DNA of 64,000 nt, taken from contig CAVNZM010000001.1 in NCBI GenBank assembly GCA_963693365.1, positions 12,054,161 through 12,118,160 on the forward strand, in the 5' to 3' direction. The stretch is from Amoebidium appalachense (taxonomy: Eukaryota > Protista > Ichthyosporea). The notes beneath the pieces are model-generated. The model did no database searches. It saw only the letters and a program-made list of their open reading frames with translations, and was not told the origin of the DNA. Of this stretch, positions 1 through 12,586 are shown piece after piece (the first letter of the stretch is position 1; the number at the start of each line of letters is the position of its first letter). The translations under genes and the position numbers were made by a program.

Positions 1-25
1 TCCAGTCACAGTTCCGCACCCCCCT

Positions 26-56
<31 letters not shown>

Positions 57-297
57 TGCTCCCCTTACAACGGTTGCAAATGTTTTGAAGCTACATACTA
101 TTTTCACTTGGCGGTAAAATCTGTGTGAACTTTGTCCACGTGCAACAAAAGTTCTATCTCAAATTTGCCTTTGTTTCGTTGTCCCGGAAAATTGCCTCCC
201 ATCCTCACCATCCCCCCTACCCCTCCCCTCTCCCTCCCTCGCCATTACCACCCCACCCCCAATCCTCATTTTCACCCCTCCACTGTGTGGATTGCAG

Positions 298-381
298 GTG
301 CACGTGCTTGGAGAGGACGAGGAGCATGGCAGCAAGGACAAAGTCACCACACAGCGCCAGCAGAAAATCCGCGATGAATAA
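298..381 (+). CDS. Probable terminal exon of a gene starting upstream of the window
   Basis: C-rich tract and TTGCAG acceptor ending at 297, then an open phase-0 frame VHVLGEDEEHGSKDKVTTQRQQKIRDE-TAA. Product not recognised. Confidence 0.4.
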   Translation: MHVLGEDEEHGSKDKVTTQRQQKIRDE

Positions 382-693
382 ATATTAAATAAAGAGACCA
401 AAATTAAAAGTTCAGCACCTTTTTTTTTAATGCCCTGTGAATAACCGGTTGTTGTGAGCAGGTGCGATGCTATGGGTTTATGATGTTTGCTCTTTGTCAG
501 GGAGTCGACGTTAACAATCTTGTTTGGTCGGCTTCGGGAATGGACAGGGGGGAAGGTGGTGGTTGGCAAGTGTGTGCGCGTGTGTGTGTGGGGAGGGGGG
601 GGGAGAGAGAGAGGGGGGGGGGGGGGGAGGGTGGGGGGGGGGGGGGGGGAGGGAGGGAAAGGGGTGGGTGGTTGGGTGGGTGGGGGTGTGTGT

Positions 694-746
<53 letters not shown>

Positions 747-900
747 GTATTTACTCAACTCGCTTTTTCCTTTTCCCTTTGTTTTGTTTTTTGGTCTTCT
801 GGATTCGGCTTTTGAGTGCGTGCGGGGGAGACGGGGTGGGGGGGGTGGCGGGGGTGGTGGTGGTGGTGGTGGTGGTGGTGGGGGGGGGGGGGGGGGGGGA

Positions 901-938
901 TTTCATGACTGGTGCATGGGTGTTTTTTTTTTTTTTTT

Positions 939-981
<43 letters not shown>

Positions 982-1099
982 AAATTCAGGAACACATTGA
1001 GGAAGAAAATCAACCGAAGGAATATTTCTGGAAAACGCATAAGTACCACAGAGGGGGGGGGGGGGGGGGGGGGGGACTGCACGATTGGTGCATGTGTTT

Positions 1100-1130
<31 letters not shown>

Positions 1131-1132
1131 TA

Positions 1133-1163
<31 letters not shown>

Positions 1164-1232
1164 AAATTCAGAAAGACATTGAGGAAGAAATTCAACCGAA
1201 GGAATATTTCTGGAAAACTCATAAAGTACCAC
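901..1232. repeat. Two-copy ~180-bp tandem repeat
   Basis: Unit TGGTGCATG-T(n)-G(n)-TAAATTCAG..CATTGAGGAAGAAA.TCAACCGAAGGAATATTTCTGGAAAAC.CATAA.GTACCACA occurs twice with few differences. Confidence 0.85.
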
Positions 1233-1978
1233 ACCTTCCCCACTAAAATCTCCACAATATTTTCAACACAAACCTGGATAAATGGTTAATTCGGTGGTTA
1301 CACACTACCTTAATATACGATCAAATGGGTGACAGTGTTGCCTAGAAGCCACCGTATATTTTACTTGGTAAAGACAATGCAGGCAATATTTATTTTCCCA
1401 AATACACTGAGGTGCAAATATGACTGATACAAAAAATGACTCTTGCAAACTCGGTTTTGTGGATTTTTGTACTTAAAGTCTGGGGGGTTTGACTTTTCCA
1501 AATAAAGAGATAAAGTGAGAGGAACACTCCCTCAGAAATATGTATAGTCAGTACGTGATTCTTGGGCCCCGTTGTGTGTGCATAATATGTGTACGACGTG
1601 TGTGTGTGTGTGTGTGTGTGGCCCCGTTGTATGTGCATCATGTGTGTGTGTGTGTGTGTGTTGTGTGTGTGTGTGTGTATGTGTGTGTGTGTGTGCTTAT
1701 ACTCACGCGATGCGCTTCTGAGCTGTGTTATATGGCCTGATCATTATTGGCCAATTCTTCATAGGACTACTTCTACCCAAATCCAATTATTATTCGCACT
1801 TCCGGCTCCCCTGTGCTACACAGGACCCCGGTTTATGTAGGCAAAAATAAGTAAACAAACACAGGAAAAAAGGCCAAATCTGATTGCGGATTCACTACTG
1901 TGACCATAGCAAACACCATACTTCCACAGTCGGAATATTTAAACTTTTGTCGGTGTGCCAGCTATATCACTTGCAATT

Positions 1979-3982
1979 TCACTGCTCTCTTTTGGAGCCC
2001 CCCCCGGCTTGTTGGATATTTTGCCCGTTTTCGAATTCAGCCGAAAACTCCTTCTCTGTTGAAACCCCCAAGGGTTCTTCTGCTCGAATTTCGGGTGCAG
2101 CCACCACTTGTTCCTTAGAAACACCCGCGCTCACGCTTGCACTGCCTGCCAGAATATTGTCGTTTGATTGGGCAAGAATATTGACGACATCATTTGATTG
2201 GCTGTTCAAGTCTACGTTTGGGCTAATCGCAGAAGCTACCAGAGCGTCCATACTTGTCAACATTTCGCTCGATTCCCTCGCACGAGAAAACAATTCCATC
2301 CTGGGCTGCTGGGAGATCGACACATTCGTTTTTGATTGGCCGACCGAAGTCGTCGATTGCCGCACGATCGACAGATTAGTTCTAGATTGGCCGATCGACG
2401 TCATTGATTGGTCCGTAACCGTGATCGTCGATTTGTAACTTTTGGTGGTGTTTACGCTATCCAAATGCCGCGTCTCGCGAGCGTGCGCGTTCCCGAGCCT
2501 GTATAGGAGCTCCTGTCTCTGTGCCAAAACCCCCGTCGCTTTTACAGTCTCATCTTTTAAAGCTTGCACACGGCCCGTCTTATCCAATCCCATCGTGCTG
2601 TAAAGATTACTGTTAGAAGTGGCCCGAGTGTGTTCGGATCGCTGCTGCATGCCGCTGGCGCCCAGGGGTAATTTCGTTGAGCGTGAAAATTGGAAATCTT
2701 GACGGGGGGTCTTGCTGGAGCTGCCTTCTTTGGACGATGAGCCCCCCCCAAGCCAACTGCTGATTTGCACCCAGTCGCTGGCTGAAATGATTTTCGGGCC
2801 GAAAAATACCGTCAAAGTGAACCTGCGGTGTAATGGGGAAAAAAAGAAGGGGGGGGAGGGGGGGTGGGGGGGGGGGGACAGAGGGGGGAAGGGGGGATAG
2901 AGGTGTACAATCGAGGGGAGGCGGGGGGGAAGGGAGGAGAGTGGGGGAGAGGAAAGGAGGGGATGTGTTTGTTAGTGCGATTAGACGGTTGGGGCTTCTG
3001 GACTATGTGCGAGTTGTAAGGGTGCAGTTAGGCAAATATTGTGTGTGTTTGTGTGTGTGTTGGTGGTGGTGGTGGCGGCGGTGGGAAAGGGGCGAGAAGG
3101 GGGGAGAGGAAGCGCCGGGGCGCGGGGGGGGGGGGGGGGGAGGGGACCGCGGGTGGGGGAAGAGTGGGGGTGGAGGGGTTGGGGGGGGGGGGGAGGGGAA
3201 GGGGGGGAGAAGGGAGCGGGGGGGGGGGGGTGGAGAGGATGGGGAGGGAGGGGGGAGGGAGGGGGTGTGTGTGTGTGTGTGGGGGGGGGGGGGGGAGGGA
3301 GGGGGAGGGGATAGTGTACACGTACATCATGGAGATCCAGATGCCCACAGCCATGACGGGCACAAAGTAGTTTGGCTTGCCGTCAAACGTTAAAGTCACA
3401 GCGCCAATCACAATGCTCATAAGCAGCAGCTGATAGGCCACCGTGACGATAAACCTGCGGTGTGATTGTTGATTATTTTTAGCCTAGACATGTATGGAGT
3501 GTTAATGCCTTTCCGAAGTTTAGGGACACTGGGGGATTGGGGGGGCGGGGGAGGGGGGGGGGAAGGGGAGGGGGGAGGGGGAGGGGGGGTTGGACCAACG
3601 GGGCAAGAATGAAGTGGAGAATCGGGAATGTGTGTGTTGGTGTGTGTGTGTGTGTGTGCGTGTGTGTGTGGTGTGCGTGCGTGTGCCTGTGCACGTGTGT
3701 GTGCGGGAGGAGGGGGCCGGAGGGGGGGGGGGGGGGAGGAGGGGTGTGGAGGTTGGGGCACAGAGTATTGAATCAAGGAGAAAAGATATGGGTGAAACGA
3801 TAGGAAATGGTGTAGGAGTAGGGTAATTACATGGCATTGGGGAATAAAGGGCAAGAATGATTAATAACTACTGCTAAAAGGGGAGGGGGCGGCGGCGGCG
3901 GGGGGGGGGGGAAGGGGGGGGGGGGGGGGGGGGGGATGGGGAGGGAGGGGTAGCCGGTGACTGGCGGGGAAGACGTGGGGAA

Positions 3983-4013
<31 letters not shown>

Positions 4014-4285
4014 GCAGGGAAGCGGCGGGATATATTGCTGCTGGTGGTGGTGGTGGTGGGGGGGGTGGGTGGGTGGTGGGGGAGGGGAGAAGGGAAAAGT
4101 AAATCACGAAGGGGTGGGTGCGGGTTTGCGGGGGGGGGGGGGGGGGGGGGGAGGGGGGGGGGGGGGAGGGGGGGGGAGGGGGAGGGGTTGGGGGTGGAAG
4201 TATTTGCGGGAGAGGGAGCAGAGTGAGACTGAGCAGAGGGTAGGGGTGGTTGGTGGGGAAGGGGAGATAGGGATGGGGTGGGGGT

Positions 4286-4319
<34 letters not shown>

Positions 4320-5122
4320 GGGATGACATTCTGAGACACTTACTGTGACTCCTTAAATTGTGTCGGTACCCCACGGATCATAAACGACAACACGCACGCA
4401 CCCGCGATCAGCGCCGCGTTATAAATAACCACCAATATCAGGGCAGGACTCGCCCCTGTGAGCCCCTCCATCGGAATGTTCTCGAAAACTGTCCCTTCCC
4501 ACACTATTGTCTCGTGATTTGTGACCAATTGGGTCTTGTCGAATACGGTGTAGATCACGAGCACAATTAGTTCGCCCAATAGCATCGTCCCCATGGGAAG
4601 AAGGAGGTTGGCGTCAGTCACCTGCGACGAGGTTTTTAGTTAAATTACTGAATAAAAACAATAGCCTATCAAATGTGTTTTCAATTTTTCATATATCTTG
4701 CGCCCAAAAAGGTTATTGATCGTATCGGTGTAGGTGAAGGACCCGGGAATAGGAGACATTTTTGCAACTTCCTGGGCAGAGAGGCGGGCAGGGGAAAGGG
4801 GGAGAGGGGGCGCAACGGTTGTGGTGTATGTGTGGGTGGGTGGGGGGAGAGGGGGGCCGATGTGGCCCGGGGGGATTACAATGCAAATGAACAGGGAGGG
4901 GAGGGGATGCAAAGGAGAAACTGAAACACAATCACATACCGGCCAAATGGTGTGGTTGGGTCAGGAAATATTTTGTAGAAAGATGTGAAAAGGTGGGGCA
5001 GCCTTCGGGGGGAGGGGGGGGGGGGGGGAGGGGGGGGGGGGACTTTGTTTGGAAGGAAAGAGCTAGGTTTTGCTCGGGGGGGGGGAGGGTGGGTTCGATG
5101 GAGGGATGGAGGGATTGTTGGG

Positions 5123-5169
<47 letters not shown>

Positions 5170-6357
5170 CTGGCTACATTATACATGGTTTGCGGGTATG
5201 TTTCTGCTGAGAGAGGCACATGTGGTGGTGGTGTGCGTGGGTAGGTGGGTGGGTGTGGGTGGGTGGGTGGGTGTGGGTGGGTGGGTGGGTGTATGTGTGT
5301 GTGGGGGAGGAGGGGGAGAGGGGGGGAGGGGGAGAGGGGAGGCTTTGGAAAATAAGAAGTGGTCAATTCATACCTGAAGCCCGCGTATAAGATTGCCCTG
5401 GCCCAAAAAGATTCGGTAGATGCGCCACAGCTTGACGTTCATAGCAGAAAACATCAGCCCAAACCCAATCGAAAGCAGCCATACGATGGCGTCCAATCGC
5501 ATCTTGCTCAGCGGACCAATCATAACGGGCAGAGAGCAGATCACAAACACCACCCCTAGCGCGATCAGCTCGCAAAATAGTACAGACGCCGATCGGATAG
5601 CCTTTTCCTTGCGCCAGTAAAAGAGCGCAAACATAACGCTAAAGGCGTAAATCAAACCGATCCCCGTCCCTGCGTACGTAAATTTGGCGATCGTTGACTG
5701 GCTGCCGACGTACGCGCACTGGAGCGAAATTTCGCGGGGGCCCGGCACCTGAAAAGTGACCATTTCATGCAAAGTGTCTGCGTTGAACTGCCCACGGCAT
5801 GGGGGCATGTGAAATTCGATAAATTTCTGACCTGAAATTTCGTCGCATGGGGCTGAGGAATTTATGCTAACAAGGCTCTTTGCGCAATAGGGCAGGTACA
5901 TGTAGTTCATCGTCTCGCAGGCGCGGCCTGTCGCGTCCTTCACGGATGCATTTTTCATGAAAATCTCCGCAAACAACGATCGGATCGGCTTCATCAGATT
6001 AATCCCGCCGATCCCAGGAGGGGGGCTGAACGGAAAGTAAACCGAAGACGAAAATTCGGTTTTTTGGGCCTGCTCTATAGAAAGCTGCCACTGGCTAGCG
6101 TTGTAGGGGGCGTAATCCCATTCGGGTTTAAACGGGATGAGGGTTAAATCTCCAATATTCATTTCGGTGAGATACGGGTGGGTGTATGGGCTGGTGTCTA
6201 GGTTGGATATGTATAACCGCACCATAAACTCCCAAGAAATATCCGGATCCGGGGTGTCGATGTACATGCTTAACCCCGTGCCCCCGATGTAGGAAAATCC
6301 GGCTGTTGGGATAATATTTATCTTATCAGCATTTTTCCATATATCGGGATAGCTAGG

Positions 6358-6395
<38 letters not shown>

Positions 6396-8472
6396 GTGCA
6401 TCGACAGTAGAACATGTAGTAAAGTTTAAAAGGGTCGGGATAAGGGCGTATGTAGGTGATTGGTGTATTGAAATTGAGGATTACCGTGGGTGGGTGGGTG
6501 GGTAGGGGTGGTGGTGGAGGAAGGAGAGAGGGAGGAGAGAGAAGGGATGGAATGGGGTGGGGTTAGGGGGTGGACCGTGGACATGCGGGGGGAAGGGAGG
6601 GGAGAGGGAGGAGGGGAGAGGGGGGCGGTTGGAATGTGCCAAAGAGTGTGAAGTACACATTCACACCGAACAACACAATGCAGGGTGCAAACTACACAAA
6701 GAGTATGAATGTATGTTAAGCAGAGCCCATCCGTAAGGAGGGGAGGGGGGGGGGGGGGGGGAGGGGATGGGGAGGATACGCGGGGGAAGAAGGGGGGGGG
6801 GGGTTTGGGGGGGGGGGGGTCTTACAGGGAAGATTGGTTGTCTTCACGTCTGGGCGCATGTCATATTGACCCTCCGTAAACATAAACCCCTTCACGTCGC
6901 CATCATCATTGAAATACCCCAGACGGAAGGGGGGGTTGTGCACGGGTTTTTGCTCTTTCCAAATTTTGTACGAATCCATGAAGAATTTCACGTCCCCATA
7001 GACGTCTTGGTCTGCTGGGAGGAGCATGTTGCTTGTATCTATCGTTCCGTCCCTTCTCATCTGCCCGATAATCGAATCGATTGCCGATTGAACTTTCGGA
7101 TCGGTGAGATCGCAGACGTAATCTTCCGTGCCGTTGGTCGGATGCATCATGTTAAGTCCTAAGCTCCTAATCATCGCGCCCAAAATCTTAATCTCCTCGT
7201 CTTCCCCAGGAACGTATTTTATCGATCCAGGCCCGATCTTGCGCCCGATCTCCAACATCCGATCCCAATTCCAGTTTTTGCTAGCGGCCTCACCGGGTTT
7301 GCTAGGGAAAAGGTTTGAGACCTCCTCCGGTGTTGTGTTGAGAACTTTGGCTATGGATGTGGTGTTGTAGTGGAGTACTCTCACGTTCACCTGCCATATA
7401 TGGTGATGGAGGTTAAGAACATGTTAGTGGGGGTGGCGGCGACGGTGATAGGTGGAAGGGGAAGCAAAAGGCTGATGGGGTGTGCGGGCCCTGCCAACCT
7501 CGCCAAACCTCGATCGCTCTATTTCCCCCTTCCCCCTCTTCACCCAGCCACCCAACTCACCAATCATTCAATCCCTCCCAACCCAACCCCCCCCCCCCCC
7601 CTCTTTTTCCTCCCCCCCCTCCCCCCCCCCTCCCCCCTCCCCTCCTCCCCCACTCCCCCCCCCCGCTGTCTGTCCCTCTCCTTCCTTCCTCCGCCCCGAT
7701 CACACAGGCGACTTTCCCCTCACCACACACACACACACATACACAGTGGAGCCATCTCAGCGGCTCCTATCTATGCCCAACCCCTTCACAATGTACCTTA
7801 TCCCCCCCCCCCCCCTCCCCCTCCCCCCCTCCCCCCCCCCCCCCCCCAAAAAAAAAGAATTTCCTTCTCCCCCGGCTATGCCCCACATAACTCACATCCA
7901 CAATCCCCCTCACACATTCTACACACGCACATGCACACACACACACACACACACACACGTATCCATCAACATACATGTACACGTACACATACCGGTTTGC
8001 GCACATACATACCATCCACACACACATGCACATACACAGACAAACGTCCAACTCCCCCTTCTCCCCCCCCCCCCCCCCCTCCCAAACATGCACACTCACC
8101 CTCCCAAACACACACAAACACGTACACACATACACACACACATACCTGCGCAGGCAGAGCCACCCAATCATCAAACGGCTGGAAATCGACCATCACAGCT
8201 CTCACCACATCTTTCACCAATTCCTGGCCCGTGCTCATAAAATGGGTCCGCAAATATGGTCCTAGCGGCATAACCGCTTTATTTCTGGCCATGTGGCCAA
8301 GCTGGGAGGTGTGCAGGAGGAGGAGGTCTGGGGCATAGCTTTGGCTGATGGTCTGTATGTGTGTGTGTGAGTGGGGGGGGGGGGGGGTAGGGGGTTGGGG
8401 GGAGGGGGAGGGGAGGGGGGTGGGGTGGAGGGTGGTTGGGTGGAGGGGGGATGGGGGGGATGGACAGGTTGT

Positions 8473-8563
<91 letters not shown>

Positions 8564-9584
8564 TGTGTGAATGGTTGCAAGCTAACCTGTAGCATAAAAG
8601 GGTTCTGTGGCCTTCCGAAGGGGAGGGATTTTTTTTTTTTTTTTGGAGGGGGGAGGGGGGGGGGGGGGGGGAAGGGTGATGGGGGAGGGAAGGACAATAA
8701 GGGGGGGGAGGGGGGGGGGGGGGGGGAAGGGGACGGTGGATTTCCCGATCGAAGGAGGAAATGTTTCCGCATTCAGATTTTTGGCAGAATACCCGGGAGA
8801 AAGGGGGGGGGGGGGGGGAGGGGGATGAGAAGGGTGGGTCTAACCATTGCAACAAAGGGGAGGCAGAAGGGGAGAGTAATATAGGAGAAGGGCCTTCTAT
8901 TGGTGAGATGGGTAGGGGAGTGGGGAGGGGGGGAAGGGGGGTTGCTTGCTTCAGAGCGCAGGGAGAGTGTGTGTAGGGGGGGAAGCGGGGAAGTGGGGGG
9001 GAGGGGGGGGGGGTAGAGGGGGGAGGGGAGGGGGTGGGGAGGGGGGAGGGTCCTACGGTATAATCTATGCCCGTTGGTGTGTTCAGATCCACGTTCCACA
9101 TCTCCCACACTAAGGACCTGTTGAAATCATGCATATAGGCACACGTCTGTTCCTGTTTTGTGTTTGGTTTTGGGTTAGTGTTGTGGTTGGTGTTGGCCAC
9201 GGGGAGAGGTTGCAGCGAGGGAAAGAGGAATATGGCAAAGGGAGGAGGGAGGAGGAGGGGTGTGTCTGTGGCATTGGGCGGGGTAGGGTGGTAGTGGTGG
9301 TGGAGGGGGGGAGGGGGAGAGGGGGGGTGGGGGGGGAGTGGGGAGGGGGTGATGAGAAGGGGTGGGCGTTTTCATTTCTGTGTGGTGTCTTGTGCATGTG
9401 TGCAACGGTGGTGATATTGTTGGCTGTCTTGTTTCTTCAAGTGCGTTTTTTTCTTTTCTTTTCTTTTCCTTTTCCTTCTTTTTTTATCCCCCCTTCTCAG
9501 GCTTTCTTTCCTTCTTCTTCTTTTTTTTTTTTTTTTTTTTTTAAAAATTTTTTTTTTTGGTGTGTGCGTGTTTGGGGGGGAGGG

Positions 9585-9619
<35 letters not shown>

Positions 9620-10634
9620 GACGTGAAAGAGGGCTCGATGAATGTTTATGTAGTTCATCCATACGATTATGCCTGTATGGTGTGAGAGTTAAGGATGGAG
9701 GGGGCTAGAATATATGTAAAGGGCTAGAATATATGTAACGTGGGGTTCATTGAAGATTTTCATAGCTCAAGTTCGTTAACCAAGCTTGGCCTCAACTAGC
9801 AACCTCGTTGGGGCCACTTGAAGATTTCATGCCGTGAACACTTATTAACCACTGAGGGGATTAAGGCTAAATTTCAGTACCTGGATCGGATTTAATGTGA
9901 AATTTCACACCTGAAACAATTAGTTAATTTGGGGTTTCAGGTGAAATTTCATACCTGCATGACTTTAACCAACACCGCCGCATTGTGTACACCCGGGTAT
10001 GCATTCCACAGGATCATTCTAGTCGTATTTTTCGGCAACTTCTCCGGGCTGACATCCACCCAATCAGGATCGACATCTGGGCCCAGAACCACCCGGAACA
10101 TCGGGAACCTATTGAATTTCTGTTGCACAACGTTTAAAATGTCGTCTACCGGTTCGACCAAAACACGTTTTGGGTTTTTCCCTCTCCCGTCTGTCTCGTA
10201 GTAGTATACGAAAGGTGGGTGGGTCTTGTTTTCTCTGCAGCATCCCTGTGTGTGTGTTGCAAGAAAATCGGGTGAGATAATGGAAGAGACGGTTGAGAGT
10301 TGGAAGGGGGAGGGGGAGGGGAAGGGGGAGGGATTGGAGGAGGGGGGGGGGGGGGGGAGGAGGGGAGGGGGGTCTGCCAATCGAGATAAAGGGGATAAAA
10401 AGCCATGTTGGGAAAGGAAAGGCGTAGGAGCTCATAAAAATTGGTTGGAAAGAATAGGCATGAAAAGAACCATTGCATGGGCAAGGGCGAGGGAGAGGTG
10501 GACACGGGGGGCGGAGGGGGGGTGGGGATGGGGAGGGGGGGGGCGGGAGGGGGAGGTAGGGAGGGGAAGGGGGGGGGGGGGGGGGGGGGGATGGGGGGAG
10601 GCTTGTATGTGAGTGTTAGAAGCGTCATGCCACG

Positions 10635-10712
<78 letters not shown>

Positions 10713-10808
10713 TAATGTGACTGCATTTATTGCAAGTATGTTCATTACCACCCAAAAATACCGAATTTGAGCATAACTGCCGAATGATACCGGTGATGAT
10801 ATGCCCAT
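1979..10808 (-). CDS. Multi-exon class C (GABA-B-like, 7tm_3) GPCR with an N-terminal extracellular solute-binding-protein-like domain
   Basis: Exons ~8352-8145, 7390-6826, 6352-5374, 4621-4344, 3454-3326, 2822-1979 with GT-AG ends. 7TM motifs: IRSASVLFC, KLWRIYRIF, IRGVPTQFKESQFI, TVFFGPKI. SBP-like motifs: APDLLLL..AVMPL, VRVLHYN, IGGTGLSM..ISWEFM. The 5' exons (10808-10762, ~10235-9954, 9117-9058) and the start are uncertain, and the 6826/6352 junction is one base out of phase. Confidence 0.8.
6625..6738 (-). repeat. Copy of the ~140-nt intronic dispersed element
   Basis: Minus strand reads CCTTACGGATGGGCTCTGCTT...CCTGCATTGTGTT...ATTCCAACCGCCCC, matching the copies at 36033, 57977 and 61411. 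Confidence 0.6.
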
Positions 10809-11075
10809 CTTTTACCAAACCATGCCTATATCATATGCCGTCTTCTTTCGTCTCAAAGTGTTACAAGAGTCTCAGGCTCTCAAACTGTTTATTTCTTGTT
10901 GTCAAGGCAGGAAAAACGCACCACCGTTTGGCCGGGCCTGTTTAGCATTATGTTGTATGCACATATATTAGCATACATACGGAATGGGTTTCAACATAAG
11001 CGCATTAGTTTGAACTTGAAAAATAGCTGCATTCGTCCATGTAGACGTCCATGTATGGATACGTGCACGGCACAC

Positions 11076-11181
<106 letters not shown>

Positions 11182-12445
11182 CGCCTGCCCACGCATGGCA
11201 ATGTCGACCACCTTCGTGCCTTTGCAAAAACATTTCTACATTTTCGAAGTGTAGCACATATCATATCACATGTAGTGAATCCACATACCGTGAACATTTC
11301 ACACACCAGCCCAGCATGTTCCTTCCACGACGAGTACGGAACTTCAAAAAGCTCAAAGCTGCTCTCCTGGGCAGCCATTCCTCTTAAGTGCAAGCTGGAA
11401 AATACTGCAGCAGACACCAGCGCGCAGTGAAAAAACTTCTGCATGGCCATTTTTTTGTTGTTGCTTGCACTAGCTATAGTTGGCGCTTGTGACAGGCGTG
11501 CTATTTATTATTGCATGTGCAGCTATGGCAGCTGCAAACAGTGGTGGGTGTGGTTGAATTGAGTTACCCAAGGAATGTATGACTGTGTGCAGCAATGAAA
11601 ATTATAACAATACTAAACGGTTGAGAAGAATATACGCGCAATTGCAAGTTGTACTAATACCATATTAGCTGCCATGTACACCACTTGAGGCAGTTAAAAT
11701 TGATTCATGATTTAAGCAGACATTTTTCATGAATTATTTTACTAGAAAATTTTGAAACAAAATCGGGGTTTTTTGCGGAACGGTGCTGACGTGCATTACA
11801 CAATGCATTACACTGGGTGCTGCAACACGAATACGGAAGCTTCGAATTCAGTGGCAAGCAGCCCGGGCCCGGGCTGGTGCAACCCTCGAGGATGGGTTCA
11901 GAACCCTCAGAAACCTATCGCAATCGCAGGAAAAAACCCTTAACTCATATTACATAAGTGCTCAGCAAGGAAAATTGAGTAATGCATACGAAATGCAAAG
12001 GGCGTACATACATGCGCCCGTGTATCAAGAAAGTTGGGTTGGGCAGAGGTAGCTGCATGCACCAAATTGAACGAAAAGCAAAACCTCGGGTGTATTGTTC
12101 CAGGCAGCGACATGATTGGCGGATCCGATTTTGGAGCCAAAAATACGAGCAGCTCGTATTTTTGGTCAACCTCAAATCCTGGTTTACGTTTAGCTAGGTT
12201 AGATCTTTTTAAGATTTGGATTGGCTAATCGTGCACCTATAGTATTTTGGGGGTTTACGCTGTTTACTCGAGGCAAAGAGAACCAGTCTCAGGTATGGGG
12301 GGGGGGGGTTTTGCTCGGAATATCCCCTCAGCGGTATATCATGATCACGTACATAGATGTCGGGTGGTGACTATATATCAGGGTTTACTTTCTCTACGAG
12401 ACACCATAAAGACTACAAGGAGAAATCAATTAGTTGGGGTTCCCC

Positions 12446-12481
<36 letters not shown>

Positions 12482-12513
12482 GGGCTCCCCTCGGGACACT
12501 CGGTATCAGCTGG

Positions 12514-12566
<53 letters not shown>

Positions 12567-12586
12567 TGTGTGTGTGTGCGCGTGCG

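Noticed and set aside
6352-6826. Phase mismatch between two GPCR exons suggesting non-canonical splicing
   Set aside because: Adjacent to C runs; a 1-nt assembly error or an unseen microexon is simpler and cannot be resolved here.
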